Shown: piece by piece, positions 1 through 7,300 of the stretch
How the letters are laid out: each line of letters starts with the position of its first letter
Position numbering within the stretch: position 1 is the first letter of the stretch
Origin: Abditibacteriaceae bacterium
Lineage (GTDB): Bacteria > Armatimonadota > Abditibacteriia > Abditibacteriales > Abditibacteriaceae
Assembly: GCA_031425655.1 (NCBI GenBank)
Contig: JANPJS010000062.1
Location: 1-11,634, forward strand
DNA: 11,634 nucleotides
Direction of reading: 5' to 3'
Made by a program: the position numbers and the translations under genes
Notes under the pieces: generated by a model
Database searches by the model: none
What the model saw: the letters and a program-made list of their open reading frames with translations, nothing else
What the model was told of the DNA's origin: nothing

Positions 1-19
1 CCATAGGTAGCAACTTGGG

Positions 20-171
20 TTAAGTTAAGCGATTGCGAAACGTAGCTTGCCCTCCCTTCCTGCCCGCTTGTGGGCAGGAAGGGAGGGCAAGACGGCGGCA
101 AAGCCGCCGTCAACCCCCACCTAACCTCCCCCAAAGAGGGAGGAACTATGCTTCGGAACGCCTTAACTTAA
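20..171. mobile_element. MITE-like composite palindromic element with imperfect terminal inverted repeats and three internal hairpins
   Basis: TTAAGTTAAG (20-29) is the exact reverse complement of CTTAACTTAA (162-171), and the match extends imperfectly to about 26 nt (20-45 vs 146-171). Inside are a perfect 20-bp stem (46-65/72-91), a 9-bp stem (91-99/103-111) and CCTCCC/GGGAGG (125-130/138-143). No transposase is in the window, so mobility is inferred. Confidence 0.6.
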
Positions 172-199
172 TGCCGTTGGGCGTTAGCCCCGCTTGGAA

Positions 200-241
200 A
201 GACTTAGGCAAGAAGTCTATTCTCCCGGCCTGTGCTATAAA
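200..241 (+). promoter_or_regulatory. Putative extended -10 promoter for the LexA-family gene with an upstream palindromic candidate operator
   Basis: TG-C-TATAAA at 233-241 lies 8 nt before the ATG at 250, with no Shine-Dalgarno. An AGACTT-N7-AAGTCT inverted repeat sits at 200-218, over the expected -35 region. Confidence 0.45.
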
Positions 242-249
242 TAAAAGTA

Positions 250-879
250 ATGAGAGATTTAAGTAAAAGGCAGCGCGAAGTCTTGCGGCAGATCGGCCAT
301 GTCTGGCAAAGCGGCGCGTTTCCGGTTGTGCGAGAATTGGCCGAAGCGATGGGATTGGCTGGCGAATCAAGCCTGACACCGACGCTGCATCGCCTGCAAA
401 TCATGGGTTTGCTGGAAATTCAGGGTGGCGTGCGCGGCAAGCCGCGTGTGATTACGCTTACGGCGCAGGGCAAAGCAGCGTGCGGTTTGGGCCTGCCCAT
501 TTTGGGCAGCATTCCCGCCGGGCCGTTGCGCGAAACGCTGGAAACCGCCGACGAACACGCCGACAACACTTCCGAATTATTGCCGTCGCGGCCCGGCGAT
601 TTTCTCTTGCGTGTGCAGGGCGATTCGATGATCGGCGACGGAATTTTGCCCGGCGATTTAGTGTTGCTGCGCCCGAATGTGGCGCTGCATCAAGGCGAAA
701 TCGCCGCCGTGCAAGTCGGCGGCGATGCGACACTCAAGCATTTTTATCAGGAGCCGACCTCGTCGCGCATTATTCTCAAAGCCTCAAATCCGAATTACAC
801 CGACATCGAAGTGCCGGCAGAGGACGTTTCCATTGTCGGCGCTTTTCGCGGCCTGATTCGGCCTTCGCAGTGGAATTGA
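250..879 (+). CDS. lexA: LexA-family transcriptional repressor (winged HTH + peptidase S24 autocleavage domain)
   Basis: The N-terminus LSKRQREVL...P-x-x-RELAEAMGL matches the LexA DNA-binding domain. The Ala-Gly cleavage site is in LPILGSIPAG, the catalytic Ser in LRVQGDSM and the catalytic Lys in ATLKHF. 209 aa is a typical length. The recognition helix is divergent, so this may be a paralog. Confidence 0.88.
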   Translation: MRDLSKRQREVLRQIGHVWQSGAFPVVRELAEAMGLAGESSLTPTLHRLQIMGLLEIQGGVRGKPRVITLTAQGKAACGLGLPILGSIPAGPLRETLETADEHADNTSELLPSRPGDFLLRVQGDSMIGDGILPGDLVLLRPNVALHQGEIAAVQVGGDATLKHFYQEPTSSRIILKASNPNYTDIEVPAEDVSIVGAFRGLIRPSQWN

Positions 880-886
880 TTTTCAC

Positions 887-1003
887 CACAAAGACACGAA
901 GGCACAAAGAAAACCACAAAGGCAAATAAGAGATTTCGAGACATTACGCTTCGAGAATTCTTAAATATCTTTGTGGTTTTCTTTGTGCCTTCGTGTCTTT
1001 GTG
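887..1003. repeat. Perfect 35-bp inverted repeat with 47-nt spacer between convergent genes; possible bidirectional terminator or small non-autonomous element
   Basis: CACAAAGACACGAAGGCACAAAGAAAACCACAAAG (887-921) is the exact reverse complement of 969-1003. The arms are built from CACRAAG units. Confidence 0.9.
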
Positions 1004-1010
1004 TTTAAGG

Positions 1011-1493
1011 TTATTCTTCGCTAATCGTGACGCTGGTGATTTTGTCGCCTTGGCGAATGGCGTTCACTACGTCCTGACCGCTGCTCACTTTGCCGAAAAC
1101 TGTGTGCTTGCCATCGAGATGCGGTGTTTCGACGTGCGTGATGAAAAACTGGCTGCCGTTGGTGTTTGGGCCGGCGTTGGCCATCGAAAGCGTGCCGACG
1201 CCGTGGCGGTTGGGGTTGCCTCTGGTTTCGTCGCCGAAGCGATAGCCGGGGCCTCCGGCGCCGGTTCCGGTCGGGTCGCCGCCTTGAATCATAAAGTCAG
1301 GAATCACGCGATGAAACGTCACGCCGTCGTAGAAGCCGTCTCGCGCTAAAAACACAAAGTTGTTAACCGTGTTCGGTGCGGCGTCCGCGAACAAATCGCA
1401 GACAATGGTGCCACGCGACGTTTCAATGGTCGCGCTGAATTTTTTGCCGGGGTCAATCGTCATCGGCGGAGCCGATTTATACTGTTTAGCCAT
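1011..1493 (-). CDS. Cyclophilin-type peptidyl-prolyl cis-trans isomerase
   Basis: Diagnostic motifs [51 protein letters not shown] and [21 protein letters not shown] (complement of 1502-1506) lies upstream of the ATG. Confidence 0.97.
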   Translation of the reverse strand: MAKQYKSAPPMTIDPGKKFSATIETSRGTIVCDLFADAAPNTVNNFVFLARDGFYDGVTFHRVIPDFMIQGGDPTGTGAGGPGYRFGDETRGNPNRHGVGTLSMANAGPNTNGSQFFITHVETPHLDGKHTVFGKVSSGQDVVNAIRQGDKITSVTISEE

Positions 1494-1530
1494 ATAGTTT
1501 TCCTCCGTTGGAATGGTCGCTTAGTAAATC

Positions 1531-2097
1531 ATGCACCGCGATTCGCTGCTTGCCCTACTCGATTCCCACACGCCATTTGACGACACGGAAATGCAAATGC
1601 TCGACCGTTTTCGAGGCTTCGTTGCCTCGCAGCCACAGTGTTTCGAGCGGTCGCTGCTCGCAGGGCACGTTACGGGTTCGGCGTGGATTTTGGATGCCAA
1701 TAGCGCGCAAGTTTTGCTGCTGCACCATCGAAAACTCAACCGCTGGCTGCAACCCGGCGGGCATTGCGACGGCGACTCGGACGTGCTGCGCGTTGCGCTG
1801 CGGGAAGCGCGCGAAGAAACGGGTATAGAGCGATTGGCGCCGGTTTCTTCGCAGATTTTCGATGTGGATATTCATTGGATTCCACAACGCGGCGCCGTGC
1901 CCGGCCACTATCATTACGACGCGCGTTTTCTGCTGCGCGCCGCACAGGGCGAAGTCTTGCGCCACAATCACGAAAGCAAAGGCGCGCTGTGGATGCCGCT
2001 GGACGACGCGGCCAAATTAGGCGAGGCTTCGCTGCGGCGCATGGCGATCAAGGCAGGGTCATTCAGTTCTTGTGCGGTGCGATATGGCCCCGATTAA
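1531..2097 (+). CDS. NUDIX hydrolase
   Basis: Nudix box GGHCDGDSDVLRVALREAREETGI, preceded by GHVTGSAWI...LLHHRKLNRWLQP and followed by FDVDIHWIP...HYHYDARF. Substrate cannot be determined from sequence. Confidence 0.93.
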   Translation: MHRDSLLALLDSHTPFDDTEMQMLDRFRGFVASQPQCFERSLLAGHVTGSAWILDANSAQVLLLHHRKLNRWLQPGGHCDGDSDVLRVALREAREETGIERLAPVSSQIFDVDIHWIPQRGAVPGHYHYDARFLLRAAQGEVLRHNHESKGALWMPLDDAAKLGEASLRRMAIKAGSFSSCAVRYGPD

Positions 2098-2219
2098 AAT
2101 CGGGGTCTCTGGTTACGAAGTCCCCTGCCCAGAGGGCACCCAGCGCGGACTTTCCCTGCTGGCTTCGTCCAGCCGACGAAGGTCGGCTTGGTAGTGGTAG
2201 ACCCCGATTTTAATCGGGG
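2088..2219. repeat. Inverted pair of REP-like palindromes (BIME-like) with internal hairpins
   Basis: CCCCGATTAAAATCGGGGTCT (2088-2108) and GTAGACCCCGATTTTAATCGGGG (2197-2219) are inverted copies. Internal stems are AAGTCC/GGACTT (2118-2123/2147-2152) and AGCCGAC/GTCGGCT (2171-2188). A third copy is at 11596-11618. Confidence 0.85.
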
Positions 2220-2246
2220 GTCAGGCCTGCATTCAACGCGCTTCAC

Positions 2247-2276
2247 TTGCCATTGTTGCCTTCCTCGTGCTAAATT
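2247..2276 (+). promoter_or_regulatory. Putative sigma70-type promoter for the cyclase-receptor operon
   Basis: TTGCCA (2247-2252), an 18-nt spacer ending in TGC, then TAAATT (2271-2276), about 50 nt before the ATG at 2326. Consensus match only. Confidence 0.35.
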
Positions 2277-2325
2277 GAGACATCTTTAACAATAGTGTCC
2301 ACAGCGTTTTCTGCCGGTTCGCGCG

Positions 2326-4320
2326 ATGAACAGCTTCAAGACCCTCCGGCGTTTTCTCAACCGTCAGCGGTGGCTGCCTTATTTGCTGCTCGCCTGTTTA
2401 ATGACGGCATGCGCTCAGGGATTGCAAGCCGCGCACTGGCGTTGGGCCGATTTCATAGATACGCTGGCTCTTGACGAATGCTTTGAACTGCGCGGCCCAT
2501 TGCCTCCCGCCGTCGCCACCGCCTTGCCCGAAACAAAAGATTTTTATCTGATCGCGTTGACACACGACGTGCCCCGTCCGCATATCGCAAAATTAGTCAG
2601 GCTGTTAAGCAAGGCCAAAGTCGTCGCGCTTGATCTTATGTTCGTCAATCATGCGGACGAGTTGATTGCCTCGGAAGAGCATTTGTATCGCAAGGAACTG
2701 CTGCAATGGAAAGCCGATACGGACACTTTGACTGAGGCTTTTAAAGACGCCAAAAACGTCGTCGTCGGCACTTGGCCGGAAACCCGGCGCATTCCAATTC
2801 CCGGCGCGGTCGGAAAAACCAAAACTGACATTATCTGGCAGCAGCCGGCTCCGGCGTTGTGGAACGCGGCGCGGTTTCGGGCGCATTTGCGCGTCGCGGT
2901 GTCGCCTCAAGACGGCATCGTGCGGCGCGTCAGCGTGTTCGAGAACACGCCGACCTCGCTCGACGCGCCGGCGCAACGCACTCCGAGCCTCAGTCTCGCA
3001 GTTGCGGCGGGCGCTCTTGGACTTTCAGCGCGCGACGTGGACAAACTGCAAATCAACGACGGATGGCTCAAACTCGGCTCGCGCCGCCATTACGTCGGGC
3101 CGGACGGCTTGATGACCATTCACTATTTGGGCAAACGCGATTGCTTCGATAATAACGAGGTTCGCTATCACTACAACGTCGCTCTCGACAATTACACGCC
3201 GGACGATTTCGCGGGCGGCATCGTGTTCGTAGGCCGCACCGACTTCAAATCGAAGGACGACATAACCACGCCTTACGGCGACATGAGCGGCATCATGGTT
3301 CACATGAACGCCGTCGCCACGCTGCTCAGTGGCTCTGGGCCGCCGATTCCGTTGCCTCCGTGGCAAACCATGCTCATAGCTCTGGTGTGCAGCGTGATCC
3401 TCATTTTTCCTTTGCTGCGCCTGCCGCTCTGGGGCAGCCTCGCCGCGGCGGCGGCCTTGTGCGCGCTGGTGTTTTTGGCGTGCGCCACGTTGTTCATCAA
3501 GCGCCACAGCTACTTTCCGTTCAGCGTGCCGGTGCTGGCCGTGTTTCTCACTTATAACTGCGTTGCGCTTTATGAATACAGCCGCGCCCGCGCTATGTTA
3601 GGCCGCTTTGTCGGACAGGATTTGGCGAGCGCGCTGCTCCATCCGATGCGCGATCTCAGTCTCGGCGGGCGCACCGAGGTCGCAACGGCGCTTTTCTGCG
3701 ATTTGCGCCGTTTCAGCGCCGCGACGGAAAGACTTTCGCCCGAAGCCGTCGAGCCGCTTTTGAACGCTTACACCAACGCCGTCTCGGAAACTGCGCTGCG
3801 ACACGGGGGGCGTGTCATTGATTATTTCGGCGACGGGGTTTTCGTGCTGTTCCGCAAGAATCCAGCGGGCGCAGACCACGCGCTTCAAGCCGCGCTCGCC
3901 GCGCTGGAAGCCGAAAAAGCAACGCGGGTGCTACTCGCCGAGTGGAGCGCGCGAACCGGTGTGGCGATGCATATCAGCGTCGGCATCCACACCGGCTCGA
4001 TGCACATCGGCGTCGTCGGCTCGGAGGAACACATGAAACTCGGCGCGGTCGGCGATGCCGTCAACGTGACTTCCCGCGTTCAAGGCCTGACCGCGCGCTG
4101 CGGTTTTTCGATTCTCGTCACCAGAGAATGTTATGATTTGATTGCCGGGCGAATTCCCTTTACTCCGTGTGGGTTTTTCGCGGTCAAAGGGCGCGATCAG
4201 GAAGTCGAGGTTTTTGGCGCCGGCGATAAGCAGGAAATTCCCACGGTTGACGTTCCGCTCCAAAGCCCGATGCTTTTAGACGCCGCCACAGACATCCGTG
4301 CGGAGGCAATCAATTTATGA
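2326..4320 (+). CDS. CHASE2-domain membrane class III adenylate/guanylate cyclase
   Basis: N-terminal hydrophobic segment, then CHASE2 motifs (PRPHIAKLV, KVVALDLMF, DGIVRR, PSLSLA, IVFVG, DDITTPYGDMSGIMVHMNAVATLL), then three hydrophobic helices. The cyclase domain has LFCDLRRF (D459), YFGDG (D503), VGIHTG, GDAVNVTSRVQ (N580, R584) and VKGR. Confidence 0.93.
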   Translation: MNSFKTLRRFLNRQRWLPYLLLACLMTACAQGLQAAHWRWADFIDTLALDECFELRGPLPPAVATALPETKDFYLIALTHDVPRPHIAKLVRLLSKAKVVALDLMFVNHADELIASEEHLYRKELLQWKADTDTLTEAFKDAKNVVVGTWPETRRIPIPGAVGKTKTDIIWQQPAPALWNAARFRAHLRVAVSPQDGIVRRVSVFENTPTSLDAPAQRTPSLSLAVAAGALGLSARDVDKLQINDGWLKLGSRRHYVGPDGLMTIHYLGKRDCFDNNEVRYHYNVALDNYTPDDFAGGIVFVGRTDFKSKDDITTPYGDMSGIMVHMNAVATLLSGSGPPIPLPPWQTMLIALVCSVILIFPLLRLPLWGSLAAAAALCALVFLACATLFIKRHSYFPFSVPVLAVFLTYNCVALYEYSRARAMLGRFVGQDLASALLHPMRDLSLGGRTEVATALFCDLRRFSAATERLSPEAVEPLLNAYTNAVSETALRHGGRVIDYFGDGVFVLFRKNPAGADHALQAALAALEAEKATRVLLAEWSARTGVAMHISVGIHTGSMHIGVVGSEEHMKLGAVGDAVNVTSRVQGLTARCGFSILVTRECYDLIAGRIPFTPCGFFAVKGRDQEVEVFGAGDKQEIPTVDVPLQSPMLLDAATDIRAEAINL

Positions 4321-7300
4321 AACCGCTTCGCTTTTCTCATTCCGTTCTGCTTTTTGGCGCTGCCTTCGCACTTTTAACGCCCGCTCTGGCGCGTCCTGTC
4401 GGCAAAATCCGCAGCGTCCAGCCTCTTGTGGAAGCGCGGCGCGGCGCGGCGCCGTGGCAGCCGGTAAAAGACCGCTTTTCGATGGAAGCGGGCCAGGTCA
4501 TTCGCTCCGGGCCGAAGGGCAAAGCCACACTGACTTTTAACGACGGCACCGAAGTGGTGATGAATTCCAAAGCGCAGGTGGCAATCGAGGGCGAAGGTAA
4601 CGCCACACAGCCTTTGGCGTTGCGCGTAGTCGGGTCGCTGTCCATGATTTTCGTGCGTGCCAAAGGCCCAATGGAAATCCGCACCGCTGCGGGCGTCGCT
4701 GCCGTGACCGGCACCGAATATATCATTTCTCTGCTCGATGACAACACCACGCAGCTCACCGTCGTTGAAGGCGGCGTGCGCCTTTTCAATGCTCAGGGTT
4801 CAGTTTTGGTCGCGGCCAATCAGCAAAGCACCGCCAAAGTCGGAGAAAAGCCCAGCACGCCCGTGGCTGTGGACACTTCGGGCCTGATGCAATGGACATT
4901 CGACGTGGCCGGCCTTCCCGTCGAATTTGAAACACCTTTGACTGCTGGCAGCCCCGGCATGAGGGCGCTCGCAGCCGGCGACTTCGCCGCAGCCGACACC
5001 GAATTAACCGAAGCCGCGCGCTTGGCGCCCGCCGACGCCGCCATTTTAACGGCACTGGGCACGGCGCGGCGCCAACGCGGCGATGCCAACGGCGCGATTA
5101 CTGCGTTTCAAGAAGCCATCCGTTTGGCGCCTGCGAACGATGCGCCGCGCCTCGGTTTAGCTCTCTCGGAACTGGCCAGAAACGACATCGGCACCGCGCG
5201 CGAGGCTTTGCAAAACGCGCCCGACACCGCTTTGATTCACGCGGCGCGCGGCTTGGTGGCCTTGCGCGCCAACGACACCACGACGGCCACGCAAGCACTG
5301 GAAACCGCCATTCAACGCGAACCCAACACTTTTCAAGCGCACGCGCTGCTGGCGTTGACGCGTCTTTCGCAAAACCAGAACGCGCAGGCCATGATGGCAG
5401 GGCGGCGAGCCGTCGAAATCGCGCCGCAATCGGCGCAGGCACAGGCTTCTCTGGCGCTGGCGCTATTCTACAGCGGCCAAACCTCAGAGGCTGTCCAAGC
5501 CGCCACGCGCGCGGTGCGACTCAATCCGAATTCGCCTTTCGCACTGCTGGCTCAGGGCGAAGCGTTGCTGGCCCGGCACGATTCGGACGGCGCCAAACGC
5601 GCGTTCATGCAAGCCGAAGCCCTCGCGCCCAATCTGCCGCTGATTCACCTCGATTTGGGCGCGGCCTACACCCGGCTCGACTTGCCGGTGCGCGCTGAAA
5701 AAGCCTTTCGCCGCGCGCTGCAACTGGTGCCGAATTCGGCGGCGGCGCACACCGGATTGGGCGCGGTCTTGCAGGGCACGGGCCGCTGGGATGCAGCGTT
5801 GCCCGAATTGCAGCGCGCTCTCGAATTAGAGCCGGATAACGCTGTTGCGCGCGGTAATCTGGCCGCGTATTACATCGAAATGGGCGACTTTTCCAAAGCC
5901 GAAGCTGGGCTGACCGCGAAATTCGCCGACGATCCGGCCAACGGCCTGCTTTACATTCGTCTTTCGGAAGCCAGTTTGTTCAAGCAGCGCCTTTTCAAGG
6001 CGCAGGAATATGCGCTCAAAGCCGTTCGCTTGCTGCCAGGCTCGGCACAGGCGCATTATCAGTTGGGCCGCGTTTACCGCGAACTCGACCGCATCGTGCA
6101 AGCGGAGCAGGCATTTCGGCAAGCCGTGATTCTCGATAACCAATTCGCCGCCGCGCGTTTCGCGCTCGGATTGGCGCAGGAAGCGGCCCAATCCAGCACC
6201 AATCTCAACCGCAGTGCCATCGCATCGCAGCAAAGCGGGCCGCGACAGGCGTTGAACATTCAGAATCTGCAAACGCCCGGCGCGCAAGAGCGCATTCAGG
6301 CCGCGATTCAAGACCCGTCCGTCTTACGCAGCGCTTCGCGCTCGTTCGGCGACACGCAAATCGAAGGCAGCTTAGGTGAAGGCGGCGTCAATAGTTTCGA
6401 CCTGTCGCATCTGCGCGCCATCAACAACCGGCGCGGCGCGTTCGGCGTCACTTTGGGCCGTTTTCACACCGACGGCGTGCGCGCCGGAGCCGATTTGACT
6501 CAGGAAAAAGCCGGCGTAAATTGGGGCAGCAAACAGCAGGATAGCGCGTCGGGTTTCTTCGCTCTGGCGCAGTTCGAGCGCAATAGATTCGGTGATAACA
6601 CCGATCCCACGCCATTGCCCCCTGATGTCGTCTTCCGCCACAACAAACAGTTGCCGCTGGCGTTAGTTGGCTTCAACCGACAAACCGCTGAGCGCCAGCG
6701 AACGCGCGGCCTTTTGCAGTTCGACAGCCCTAAGCAAGACAGCACCACAATTACAGGCAATTTCCTCAACACTAAAGGCCGCAGTGTTCATGGAGAAGTG
6801 CGTCACGACTTGTTGATTGGCGAAAAACACTCTCTCAGCGCCGGCCTGTCGCTGGGAAATCGTCGCTTTGACTTAGACACATTCTTCAAACAACCGCCCG
6901 GTCTACCGTTCCCCGACTTCCAAAGCACAGGGAGCCAGCGGGTGCAAACTACGCAGATTTACATCCGCGACGAGGCCCGGCTGACGCCAAAGCTCACCGC
7001 GATGGCCGAAATCAAAGTCGAACGGCTGGGAAACCGCAACTCCAGCCTGATCACCTCGCCGCCGGGCTTTCCTCCGAGATCGAGCGATGCGACGCAAACG
7101 GTTGGACTGCCGAATTTCGTGGCAACCTATCAATTGGCTCCGGCCAGCACTGTGCGTCTGAGAGCGCGCGGGTTGTTCGGCACAGTTGAAGATTTCTCGC
7201 TGCTGGCACCGACAGATGTGTTTCTTTTTGGGCTTGATGGCGTCCCAGATTTGGCGATAGGCGCTCGTGGACGCAGCTACGAGGCCGAGTTCAGCCATAC

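Noticed and set aside
33..404. Short ORFs at 33-266, 146-379 and 204-404
   Set aside because: They translate repeat DNA or are antisense to lexA, with no supporting motifs.
250..879. Prophage repressor marking a prophage boundary
   Set aside because: The N-terminal domain is LexA-type winged HTH rather than CI/Cro-type, and no phage or integrase genes lie downstream. Sequence left of the window cannot be seen.
2386..2415. Lipobox-like LMTAC in the cyclase N-terminus
   Set aside because: CHASE2 cyclases normally have an uncleaved first TM helix at this position, and the match is weak.
2326..4320. Pycsar-type anti-phage cyclase
   Set aside because: The CHASE2/TM receptor architecture and the lack of an adjacent cNMP-binding TM or TIR effector do not fit Pycsar.
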